64,000 nt of DNA, taken from assembly GCA_013239625.1 (NCBI GenBank), contig MU053933.1:1428001-1492000 (forward strand). Reading direction: 5' to 3'. The notes beneath the pieces are model-generated. The model searched no databases. It saw only the letters and a list, made by a program, of their open reading frames with translations, and was not told the DNA's origin. Positions 23,606 to 35,904 of the stretch are shown piece after piece. Source of the DNA: Lama guanicoe. Its lineage: Eukaryota. Every line of letters starts with the position of its first letter. Within the stretch, counting starts at the first letter, position 1. Both the position numbers and the translations under genes were made by a program.

Positions 23606-25711
23606 ATCACAAACCCCTGGACACCAGACCCTGGAGAACTCGCACAGCCGAGCGACACCCAAGGCCCTGCCCTCACTCTGTGTTCCGAGTGAGTTCCAAG
23701 CCCGCCCCCAGCAGCCTGGGCCACAGTGAGCTTCCTGGTCCCCAGCCAGCTCGGACCCTCTGCCGCCACCATCACCCTGGTGTCCTTCCTCAAGTGACAG
23801 TCTTCCCGGGAGCTGCCGGGGCCCGGGGTCCAGGTGCTGCGTCACAGCAGGAGAGAAATGCCAGGGTTGCATTTCTGGTCACGTCCCTTAGAAATCACCC
23901 GCCAACGGAGAGTTGGGGACTAGAGCCCCCGACACCCCATCCAAGCAGGCCCCCAAGGGACACCACGGGGGAGGCGGAGCGTCCGCAGCAGAGCAGCCCC
24001 AGCGCACCGTCACGTCTCCTCCCGCAGGCAGAGTTCTGCCTTTCCCCCCACTGCTGCTCGGGCAGCTCAGACAGCAGGCGCCCCCACCCCCTGCTGCAGG
24101 GGCCCAGCCGTCAGTCTTTCAGGACTAAACACTAAAAAGATTTCAGGAATGCCAGGAATCACGAATTTCACTCAAGGGCACTTTCTTTATGTCATTTCAG
24201 GTCACAAATCACAAAGTCCGTGCACGTTCAGTCTTTGGAAAAGCCCACAGTCTCGAAGAGCGCTGCTTGGCGCCCACGCATGGCCTCGCCTCTGTAACCG
24301 CCGTCCTCTGGCGCCTTGGCGCGCAGCTCTGGAGGCGCGGGGGGCTGAGGGGGGCTGGGCAGTGTCGTCAGAAGTCACCGTGCCCCTCCCGGCCTGCAGC
24401 ACAGCACGCCCGGCACCGAACTTCCTCCAAGCTCTAGGTCTGGGGTTGCGTTTAACCTAACCCGTTCCAGGCAAGGGCACAGGCGATGAGCTACAGAAAC
24501 CCAGAGGAACAAGTCCTGCTCGGACACTGGAGCCCAAGCAGACCCTCTGGGACCTCACCTTACAGGGACGCCGCCAGCCCGGGCCAGCCTGCCCGGGGGA
24601 CGTCAGGCTGGCTCAGAATCAGAACACAGCTCTTTTGTTTCCATCCCTGCTGAACACTTCCCTGAAATCTGCCAGGCCCGCTCGCTGGCTCAGGAAGAAA
24701 ACAGAAAGTCTAGCTGACGCGTCGGGGGTCCGGAACATTCCAGAGCTCTGGTCTCATTGCTCAGGGCCAGAAACACATGCTGACCATGTCCTGACCTCGG
24801 GACGGCCCCTTGAAGTTACTAGCGTGTTTTTCCTTAGCTAAATCCCTTGCATTAAAAATTTTAAAAAAGTTTAAGAGTTCCAGTGCTCTCTCCTTTAGTT
24901 CTCAAAACACATAATGGCTTGAACCTGGCAAGCAGGCTGACCTGTACGCCTGCGTCTGCGGGAGCAGAGAGAGCGACTGATTCCGGGTGCCCCCTGCAAT
25001 CCGCTCACACACACACCCCCCGCACACCCCACATCACACGAATTCACACTCGCTCACTCACAGCCCATCTCCCCAGCCTGCCTGAGACCCGCAGACCCTT
25101 CTCCATGGGCCTGCAACCCCGTTCCCACCATCAGCAGCAAATGAGAAGCCTGCAGCTCCGCGGGCACCCCTCTCTCAGCTCACGCTGGGGGCCAAATCCA
25201 CGCCCACCTCTCACCCATCCCAACCCCCTCACCTTCCCTGCGCCTTCTGAAATCCGTGGGCATCACCAGGAGCTTCAGGGCCTTCCCTGGTCCTGGTGTC
25301 CCCGCATCTCCTGCTCTAACTGGCCCCACCCCCCACTTCCCCTGCATCTTCCTTTCTGGGGTCCCCCTTCCATGGGACCAGGGCTGGGGGCTTCCTTCCT
25401 GGCTCATCGCTGCACCAGACCAGCATCCCTTCACCTTCCCCAACTGTCACGCTGAAGCACGTCTCTGCAGACCACAGCCCCTCCCTGTGATGGCCCCACG
25501 GATCCTCGGGGATCCACTCACCCTAAAGGCCCTGGCCAGTAGGTGCCTCTGGAGCCCAGGGCCACATCCCATCCATCTGACCGTCTTTCCACTGGTCCTT
25601 CCTCCTGCATACCTCCCCCTCCCTCCCTTCCCAACAGAAATGCATCGTGGAGACCTTAGAGGTGGGTGGAATCCCGAAAGTCACAGGGGAGGGGGCATGA
25701 GAGAGCGCTGG

Positions 25712-25920
25712 AGTGTATGTGTGTGTACGTGCCTGTGTGTACATGTGTGCGTGTGTATATGTGCATGTGTCCACATGTGCACTTATATGTGTGCATACGT
25801 GCATTGTGTACTTGTGTGCATGTGTATACATGCATGTGTGTACGTGTGCACTTGTGTGCGTATGTGTACACTGTACATGTGCATGTGTGCACACGTGCTG
25901 TGTGCGGAATGTGGTGCATG
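25712..25920 (+). repeat. Degenerate (TG)n alternating purine-pyrimidine tract
   Basis: ~200 nt of tgtgtg/tgca/tata read directly. Confidence 0.95.
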
Positions 25921-27566
25921 GGGAAGCGGGTGAGAAGTGAGTGGTTCTGGGTGCTGGGATTGGCCCCTCCTCTCTAAGCCCACACAGCCTGGCCCCCAGC
26001 CTGGCCCCCAGCCCTGTTGGATGACAGCCACCCAGAGAGAGCAAGACTGGGGAGGCTGACCCTCATGGGTCTAGTTGGTTAACGACTGATATGGCAGGAG
26101 CGTGGTGGTGCCAGGGCCCTTGGCCTGAAAGGACAGAGCTGCTTCCCCGTGGACTGGGGGGGTGGCTGCCTTCACTGGGTGTGGAGCATTCCCCCAGGCT
26201 CAGCAGCAGGGCCGCCCCCTCAGGCCTGGGAGCCCAGGGATGTGTGGAGGGGCAGGGGGGCCCCTCTGGGTCCAGGCCTGGTGGAGAGACGAGGATGTGG
26301 AGAGAGGATCAGACTGGAGATGAAAGCGGGAACCTGCGGTGGAAGGAGCCTGCGTTCCTCCAGCTCTGACGCCCCCACGAGCCCCCGGTTTGTTTCACAT
26401 CTGTCTCCTCCAGACAGAGGCTCCCCAAGGACGGGCCCCTCTGGACTTCACTGAGCCCAGTGCCTGGAGCTTGGGGGGGTGGGCAAAGACATGAGTGCAG
26501 TTTAAGGGTCAATCAACAAGTGAGGTTGGACGAGGGAGTGCAGGAGTCGGGGTTGGGGGAAGGTCCGGGCCGGGGGTGCAGGTGCCAGCGCGTGAGCAGG
26601 GGTGTCCAGCAGACAGTCAGGCCAGCACAGCAGCTCCAGACGGCAGGACTCATCTGCTCACGAGTGGGAGGAACTCGGCTCGGAGGGGCTGGCCCAAAGG
26701 GGACTCGTGGGATCTGGTCCCCAGAGCACGAGTATGCGGGCGGTCACCTCGGGGACAGCTGGAAGGTCTGGCAGTGCAGGGAGGCCTCAACAGCTTCTCC
26801 CTCCCACCTCCACCCCAGCCATCCCCGTCTGCCGAGACGCCCTGGCACACGCCTGCCGCCATGAACACACGGGCTCGTGTGACACCGGAACTCCAAGGCA
26901 GCATTAAGAACACGGCCCAGGGTGCCCGGGGCTCCCACGTTCAGCCAAGGTCAGGTCAGCCCAGGGACTTGTAAAGACCGAGGCCAATGATCAGACGAGG
27001 TCGTCAGGGAATCTGCCCTGTGACGCTCCCAGGGGTCCCGCAGCAGGGGCCGGGCTGTCTGTAAGTGGACTTTATTTGAAAACAGCCGGACTCGGAAGGA
27101 GAGAGCAATCGGGGTACCCCTGGGCGGGTGCACGTGCTCTGGGAACGCCCCGGCCACATAGCAGTGTTGGCCCCTTGGTGTCCACATCAAGCTGGAATGG
27201 ACAGCATCCACAGGACCCCACGGCAGCTGTGCGCACAGGGGACCACGTGGCACAGCGGGGTTTTCACCTTGGGCTGGACTCAGGCCCGGAGCCGTGGCCA
27301 CGACCATCACCCAATTGCCGGGACATCTGGAGACCTGGGCGAAGTGTGAGAAGTCAGTGGCCGCGGGGTCCGGGTGGGAAGGGACGTGAGAAAGGGTGGT
27401 GCAGGGTGGGGACGGCGGTGAACCGGAGGCCAGGTGACCCAGGGACACCAGGACCACAGGGAAGGTGGGCCTGTGCAGCCTGGTTTTCAGGGAAGCTGCG
27501 TATTTAGGTGACGTTTCCTCTTTGTAATTATTTTTTTTAATATATACATATTCTTTTTCCTTTCAG

Positions 27567-27586
27567 GTCACGACAAGCCAATGAAT
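27567..27586 (+). other. Start of a candidate exon after a strong acceptor (3' end undefined)
   Basis: ttctttttcctttcAG|GTCACGACAAGCCAATGAAT in an AT-rich island; only a weak donor (gtattt) follows. Confidence 0.3.
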
Positions 27587-29629
27587 GTATTTCCCTGTGC
27601 GCTACAGCAAGGCCTTGTTTCTTAGCTGACATTTCCTCTTTTTAAATGTAGGCAATTCACTTTTTTTGGTTTTCTGAGATTTTGTTTCCCAGCAATTCCT
27701 TTTCAAGTGTTTAAAACACTGTAGACCCGTGAGGACAGTGGTGACATCCCACGCTCTGGTCTCTCCCGCTCCCAGACCTGAGCGCTCCCTTGCCGTGCGT
27801 TTGTTCTGAACTTTAGGTTTTTTTCCCTGAAGAAAGTAAAGGAAACAGGTTTTCCTCCCATTGTGCAGGACGCGGTGTTCCTCCGGGCTTTGCTCTGCCA
27901 AAAGGAAAGCGTGAGGCTTTGCGCCGGATCAAGGCCCCACGGCCTCTGAGGTCCGCACGATGCCACGTCCTCGCTGCCACCTGGAGAATGAGCCTGCAGG
28001 TCAGGGAAGGACCCTGCACCACCTTGAGCAGCAGAAAAGTCCTCCGGCGACGTGCCGCAGGGCCGCAGCCATGCTGAGCCTCCCTCCCCCGCAGGCTCCC
28101 CGGGCCCCCTCCCTCCCCAGGCCGAACCCAGGACCCTCGGGTTCGCCCTCCAGCCACACCTGCCAGGAACCACCCACCTCCCCGGATCGGTGTCAGATTT
28201 GCTGCTTCGTTCTTCTTGGAGCCTTTCGGAGTTTTTCTGTCTGTACCTCCCCTTTCCCTGAAGAACGATGCTCAGACAGCACTGCGAGCACTGCAGGGTC
28301 ACAGGTTTCGGAGTTAAACCCCAGGGTCTGCTTCTTATCCTTGCCTGGAGCTCAGCTTCTGAAGCCCCACCCCAGCCCCCAACATCTGCTCAGTGTCCAC
28401 AATGACAAAAGCATCCTCAAAGCTCCCAGGAGACGGGCTGCCTGGAGCATGGTGCTCCTGGGCCCAGGTCCGGGGCCAGCCCCACGCGGACCCCAATGTG
28501 CCAGGCAGTTCAGGAAACCACGTGGACATGATTCATCTTCCAGGAGCTCCCCTTGTGTGGGAGGACCCGAGCAGGAATGGAGGGTGGTTATGTAATTACT
28601 GAATCACTAAGTGGTTTATGTCCAAACATACACAAATCCAGGACAGCCAGGACAGGCAGACAACAGGCAGGGATGGCCACCGGTAACTGCCGGAGTGCTC
28701 TCCCCCAGATTTGGGCCAAACGATGGGCTTGACCAAACGCCACGGCCACCCCACAGTGCAGGATGGAACCTACGGTGGGGTCGGGGGGTCCGCAGGGGGA
28801 CGCCCGCAGGACCTGAGCTCCCAGCCCACAGGTGGACGCACGTGGGTGTCTCCAGGCGCTGCAGCTGGCCACCCCACCACTCTCCATCCTCTAGGGCACT
28901 TTGGGAGGGGGGCAGAGAGACCCCACAGACGGTACAATGGCTTCTGCAGTCACTGGGCAGCTTTGCAAGCAGAGTCGAGCCCGCACTGCACCAGCTATGC
29001 TGCCGCCCCTCCCACGGAGCTGCCGCCAGGGCTGGTTGCCGAGGGGGTGACGCATGGCGGCCCCTCCCACAGCCATTTCCAGGCAGCCCAGAAACTCACT
29101 AGAGTCACCCACTGACCATCGTCTCTACCTCTGTACCAACAAGACAGGGAAGGAGAAAGTTCTGGATGCAATCATTTAAAATACAAACAGCATAGTTTCC
29201 TCTCATTTGATTAAGATTATACTTCTTGCCGTCAGTAGGAACGGAGGGTTTCAAGTGCAGGTCAAACCAACTGTCTGAGAGACACAGCCACAACTCTTAC
29301 ACACCTGGAAACATCGTACCAGCTACGCCAGGGACACTCCCCACGGTGGAGGCCGGAGCGGCTGCAGCACCAGGGCAGCCCCGCCTGGTCGGACAGAGGG
29401 AGCGGGAAACGGCTCCTGGGGGCCGAAGACAGTGGGAGAAACCCTGGGGAGGGAAGAGCAGGGAGAGCGGGCCCCTGATTCTGCCCTGCCCTGGGCTCCC
29501 CGCCGAGCCCCGCCTGGGCCGGACCCACGGCAGCACAGGCCTGGAAAGCTGACTTGAGATGGAGACCAGCATCCACAGGAGGTGAGGCAGAACTTGCGGT
29601 CTTACCTACCTGGATGCACTGCTTGCTTT

Positions 29630-30415
29630 AAAAAAAGAAAAATCAACATGGTCCAGAGAATTTTAACAAGACCCACAGTCTTCACAACATAATATTGAAA
29701 ATGTCCAGGATGCAGCCCAAAATTACTTGACATACAAGGAACCACAAATTTCTCCAGAGAAAGACGATCTCTGGGTGCCCCCAAGCTGACCCAGATGCTG
29801 GAATTCTCTGACAAAGGCTTTGCAGCGCCTGCTGTAGCTGCGCTCCACGTGGTAAAGGAAAATACACCGAAATGAATGGAAATACGGAAACTCTCAGCAG
29901 AGAAATAGAAACAACAAAAAAGAACTGAATAGAAACTTCAGAGCTGAAAGACAAGTCCCTGAAAAAGTTTTAAAAATCATTAGCTGGGCACAGTAGAAGG
30001 GAACTTACAGACGGATCAAGAGCAAAGCTCCTAAGAGTCTAAATGTAAGGAGAGGAAAGTAAGGCTGGGAAGGAAAGTGCACCGAGCCTCGGGCTGTGGG
30101 GCAGCTGCAGAAGCTCTAAGTCACGTCACTAGATCCCAGGGGGGAGGAGGGAAGCAACGGTGCAGAAAAGTGTTTGACGCAGGAACAGCACACAATGTCC
30201 CGAATTTGGGGAAAGATGTAAACGGACAGTGCCAACCAGCCTGGCAAATCCCAGACAGGCTGACGGCGAAGAGCACCACGCCCAGACACAGCACGAGGGA
30301 GCTGCTGAAAAACAAGGATAAAGATAGCGGTGTGAAAGCCGCTAGAGAAAAGTGACACATGACATAGAAGGGCACAGCAGTTCAGACGGTGGCTGGTTTC
30401 TCATCGGAACCTGTG
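29630..30415 (+). mobile_element. Old L1M 5' region / ORF1 remnant
   Basis: aaatgtccaggatgcagcccaaaattact, cagatgctggaatt, aactctcagcagagaaatagaaa, caaatcccagacagg, cacgcccagacaca, tttctcatcggaa. Confidence 0.8.
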
Positions 30416-30495
30416 GAGGCACGCAAGGGCGTGGGGGAAGCCTGAATGCGTCTTGCTGAGTGTAAGAAGTCAGTCTGAAAAGGCTACACCCGCTG
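30415..30495 (+). mobile_element. L1MC 3' UTR fragment nested in the older L1
   Basis: tgctgagtgtaagaagtcagtctgaaaaggctaca. Confidence 0.6.
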
Positions 30496-30499
30496 CACA

Positions 30500-30925
30500 G
30501 CCACAGAGAAGAATAAGATAACGCCGCCTGCAGCAACACGGATGGTCCTGGGGACCGTCATGCTACGTGAAGTCAGCCAGAAAGAGGAAGAGAAATGCCA
30601 TGTGAGATCGCTCATATGTGGGATCTTTTTTTAAGAAAGGGGCACAAAGAGCTTATTTACAGAACAGAGACAGACTCACAGACATAGAAAACAAACTTAC
30701 GGTTACCAGAGGCGAAGAGGGTGGGAAGGGATAAATTAGGAGTTCGAGATTTGCAAATACTAACTACCACATATAAAATAAATAAACAAGAAGTCCATAC
30801 TGTAGAGCACAGGGAGTACAGTCTACGTATTACAGTATATACAATATATGGTGCGACTGCTGCACACCAGAAATTGACGCAACATTGTAAAATGACTGTA
30901 CTTCAATTAACAAAAAGGAAAAAAG
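30500..30925 (+). mobile_element. Young cetartiodactyl (camelid-like) L1 3' UTR with A-rich tail
   Basis: cagactcacagacatagaaaacaaacttacggttacca, gggtgggaagggataaattaggagttcgagatttgca, cacaccagaaattgacgcaacattgtaaa. Confidence 0.92.
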
Positions 30926-30959
30926 ATCATAGGTGCAAAAATTTTAAAAACAACCAAAA

Positions 30960-31360
30960 AATTAAAACCAGCACGGAGGCCAGAAGGCAGTGACGTCTTT
31001 AACGAAAGGAGGAGGGGAAGGGAGCTGTGTGGCCACGAAGCTTCTGCGTGTCACTTGACGGGCTCTGAGGAAACTGAGAAAGGTTAGGGTCGCACAGTAG
31101 TTGTGAATCAACCACTTAAAAAACACAGAGAGACTGAGCCGAAAAGCCAAGAGATAAATTTAAACGAATATGACAAACCATTGAAATAAGAAAGCGAGAA
31201 CAGGGAATGGAGGGACAAAAACCAGGGAGACAAACAAAGCCACAGTAACACGGAGACTGGACCCAGCCCTAGCGACGGTCACGTTCAAGGTCAAGGCTCA
31301 GACAGAGGCTAAACCCTGACCGTGAAGTTCAAGGTCAAGGGTCTGAACAGCCGACCCAAG
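30960..31360 (+). mobile_element. Continuation of the old L1M (ORF1 end to ORF2 start), highly degenerate
   Basis: ggaggccagaaggcagtgacgtctttaa resumes ORF1; A-rich inter-ORF-like sequence follows. Confidence 0.5.
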
Positions 31361-31648
31361 GTTCATAGTAACAGCGTGTGTTTACTAAAACCCGGTCCAC
31401 GTGAGTCAGCAACCGCGTGGGAGGGAGCGGAGCCAGGCTGACGGCAGACGAATCCTGGAACAAGGACCAGAGCACTGAAGGCAAGTGGTGAGACGCTCTA
31501 TCCCTGAACTTAAACCAGAGACCACGCGTGACATCGGAGCCTCCGCCCCAGGGCTAGGACCACGGGTGGCTGTCAGGACCCCACAGACCGGTGGAGGTGC
31601 TGTCGAGGGGCCAGTGGGTGTGCTGGCCACACTGCCAGAGCCCCATCA

Positions 31649-32491
<843 letters not shown>

Positions 32492-33059
32492 TCAGTTTCC
32501 CCGTTAGACCTGGGGGCTGGCGGGTGATCCCTGGGGCTCCAGTAAAGCGGTGGGGGGAGGAGCTGGGCGGCAAGGCCCTGGCATCAGGGGCCCCAGTGGG
32601 AGGGGCCTGGTGATGCTGGGAGGGGCCAGTGCAGGGGTTGGGGCCAGGCACGGCCTGCATTAAGGCCCTAGGGTTCTGCAGGAGCCCTGGCCCCTCCCCC
32701 TCTCCTTCAACCCCTTTTCTGTGCCTGCACCCCATCCTCTCTGCCTCTGAGACTCACAGCAGGTCTGGGTACCCCTGTTCTCCTGCCCTGGGCACCAGGA
32801 CAGGGAAGGTGAGCAGCGGGAGGAGGAGGTGGGGGTCTGCATAAGGCTCTGTACCCCGCTACCGAGACCCTTCTGAGAAAATCTCGAAGGTGGACAGGGA
32901 GGGGTGGGGGAGCTGGGGTGCAGATGACCTAACTTGGCTCAGAGAGTACGTGTTTGGGGTTCCGAGGGCCGCAGCCCCGATCGTGGAGGCGGGGCCCGGG
33001 GCAGCCAGCTCCACCCTGAGCCGTGCCTCCTGGAGCCAGGGGCACCTTCCCGTGCCAGC

Positions 33060-33175
33060 CAGCGTGGGCTGAATGGTGGTCCCCAAAGTAAGCCTGGATC
33101 CTGACCCTCGGAATCTGCCGGTGTGACCTCTTTTGGAAGCAGGGGCTTGCAGAGGTGGCTGAGCTAAGAGCCCAA
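33060..33175 (+). mobile_element. MLT1 LTR 5' fragment
   Basis: gtgggctgaatggtggtccccaaa...ggaatctg...tgtgacctcttttggaagcaggggcttgcagaggtg. Confidence 0.75.
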
Positions 33176-33588
33176 GAGGGGCTTGGAGCGTGAAGGGGGG
33201 GCCGGAGCAGACAAGAGGCTCCCTCCCCGCCCCAGCCATGAAAGCAGGCACCAGGCCTGCAGCAGGCCCCCACCCCAGGCGCACGCGTGCACAGCCACGG
33301 AGGCTAGGGGCTGCCGGGCCAGAGGGGCAGGGACTGGGTGGCCAGCCCGGAGGCTCGGACCCTGCAGGCCGGTGCTGGGCCGGTGGCTCCGCCCTGGGAG
33401 TGTGCAGTAGCCTCTGCATCTGTCTGTCCAAGCACTTTCTCTCCCAGGGCCGCCCTTCCCAGAATCCCTTTCCTGCGGCGCTGGGGCTTTCCACCGGGCT
33501 ACTCACCCTTTCCGGGTTCGTCCTGGGCGCCCCGCCCGTCTGTGGTTGTTCTGACTTGCCTGGGGCTTTTCCTGTAGCTTCTTGCTGC

Positions 33589-33612
33589 TTATGTAAGGAG
33601 CCCTTTATGTAA
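33589..33612 (+). promoter_or_regulatory. Pair of TTATGTAA (PAR-bZIP/NFIL3 D-box core) motifs
   Basis: Exact 8-mers at 33589-33596 and 33605-33612. Confidence 0.35.
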
Positions 33613-34789
33613 CGAGCAGGCTCCATTGTCCCCCGCCTGGGGGGCTGCACCAGTTCTCAGACACCAGCCAAAGCCCCAGCCCTCAGGCCGGTCAGCGCAG
33701 TGGGTGCCCAGCCTGCCCACACCCCCTGACACTCCCCTTTCTGCCTCTGCCTTCCTCCCTCCTCTCGCAATCAGAGGGCAAGCCAGGTCCACCCTCTGCC
33801 TGGACAACAACGCTCCTGGGGACCCAGAAAGAGGGACGGGGTGAGGGCCATGCTGAGAGGCCAGGCAGGGGGTGGTGAGGCCGGGGCAGGAGGCTTGCTT
33901 GGGTGGGTCCCCTGAAGCAAATGCTGAGACAGGATTCAGGGGTCGTTTACGTGGGCGGTGACCCTGAGACAGAGTGGAAGGCAGGGTCAACAAATCACTG
34001 GGAGACGGGCCCACCTGGAGACCAGGGACACACCTCAGGCTGCCCCCCCCGGAGGGGGAGCTGGGCTAGTTACCCTCCAACTGTCATGGGTCACAGTCAA
34101 GGGGCTCCCAGGGCGTCAACCTCCCAGCACGTCGGGCTCCTGTGAGCAGAGGGGGCCTTCCGGCAGCCGGCAGCGCGTACAGGATGCCAAGCGCGCAGGG
34201 ACCTGGGTGGGCTGCCAGTAGTGCTGGCCACAGGCAGAAGCATCTCCCCCAGGGTGGAGGGACAGGAGGAGAGGGTGTAACCAAGGCCCAGGTCAGGCTG
34301 CAGAAGCTGCGGTTATAGAAAGGCGCAGAAGCTGCTGGAGGATTCGCGGCTGCAGGCGCGAGGGAGAAAGAGCCCCGCTGCTCCCTGGCTCGGCCTCTGG
34401 GCTCCCAACAGGGCAGGGCATGGGCCCAACCCGGGGGCAAGGCAGTGCAGCCGTGGGACAGTGGTCTGGCCCGAGCGCCGCGCCCGGCGAGGGGGCCTGG
34501 GGGCTCACCGACCCGGCAACCCACGTGCCCTGAGAGGCTGAGAGGGGAGGCATCAGGCAGGAGGCCGTGGTCAAGGCCGCAGCAGGGAGCGTCCCCCCGA
34601 CTCCACAGAGCACGGGTGCCTGCGGGCGGGGGAGGCCCTGGCTGCCGGCCTCCACGTGGGGGAGGCTGCGCGCTTACACGTGCACTCAGCTGCTTCCAGG
34701 ACAAGAGTGTCCCCTGTTTGTTCCATCGCCTGCCAGGAAGCCAGGGCTTTCCCCTTCCTGAATGCTCCGGGAGCCGCGTTGTTTTTTAT

Positions 34790-35270
34790 TCCCCAGATAG
34801 GAAGTCTTCTGCAACCCTCTGGCCAAACGTGGGGAGCTGCCTTCATTTTGGCCGCGATTAACCAGCAGGAAGTGTCATTACCTAAATGGACGATGAGCTG
34901 ATAAGCAGCCGGAGGAGAAAGGCATCCGGGCCATCCCAGGAACCGGCAGGGAAGGGGCGTGGGGGCCGCAGCAGGGGAGGGACGGAGCTGGGTACCCCTC
35001 ACTGCGGGGGCCTGTCCTCCAGCCTCCTGCCCGCCCTGGAGCAAGGACACAGAAGGGCCCCTCCCCCAGAGATTCCCACTTAAAACTATTACAGTTCAAC
35101 CTAATATTCCCACGACGGGGAAACCGTTCTAAAAGGAAAACTTCACAGCACGTAGATGTTGCGTGGTCATCATCTGTTCAAACATGGAATCCCTCCGTTT
35201 GCCCAGAAACATGAGATCTGACTGCCCCGCGGTGCTGAGGGTGAGTCAAAGAGAACATTATTCCTGCAGC
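34790..35270. promoter_or_regulatory. Candidate enhancer (ETS, GATA, AP-1 motifs in lower-GC unique sequence)
   Basis: CAGGAAGTG 34866-34874, TGATAAG 34899-34905, TGAGTCA 35242-35248. Confidence 0.3.
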
Positions 35271-35904
35271 CCTGCAGCCTGGGGTCCCATTACCTAAGCT
35301 GGAGCCTGTGGGTTCCCAGGGCATCAGCCCATCGGCCCCTTCCCCTCAGTGCCCAAGGACATTGCTCGGGAAGGGCAGCAGTGGACACGAGCCAGAGCTC
35401 TGGGCCCAGAGCCAGAGTCACGTGGCCACTCAGGAAATGTACGTGGGCTCGGGGTGGGTCCGGGGGCACGCTGGTCCTCCAGCCAAACCCACGCGGTGTG
35501 GCCAACCCTGGGGAACATTCTCCCCTCCGGCCTGCACCCCCCACCCCCAGCACTCCGCTCCCCTGTTTCTGGAAGAACTGTTGGGAGCAAACACTCTCGG
35601 CGCCACCTGGAAGCCTCTGGCAACCAGATAAACCCCCGCCTGCCCGCAGCCCCGGGCTCACCTGTGCTGTCTCTGGGAGGCCTGTCCTGCAGGCAGCGGC
35701 CACGCTGGGGTGTCAGTACTGAGCACAGGAGGTGCAGTCTGGCTGCCAGTGAGCCCTCACGGAGCTGAGGTCCCTAGTCCCACCAAGGGAGTGGCGAGGC
35801 ATGGGTGGGGCCACACAGGGCCTGGTGCCGCTCGGGGGAAGGTGGTCGTGTGGCCGTCTTGGGCCCAGGGAGGGCGGGCGGGAAGCCCATGGCACTATGC
35901 TCCC

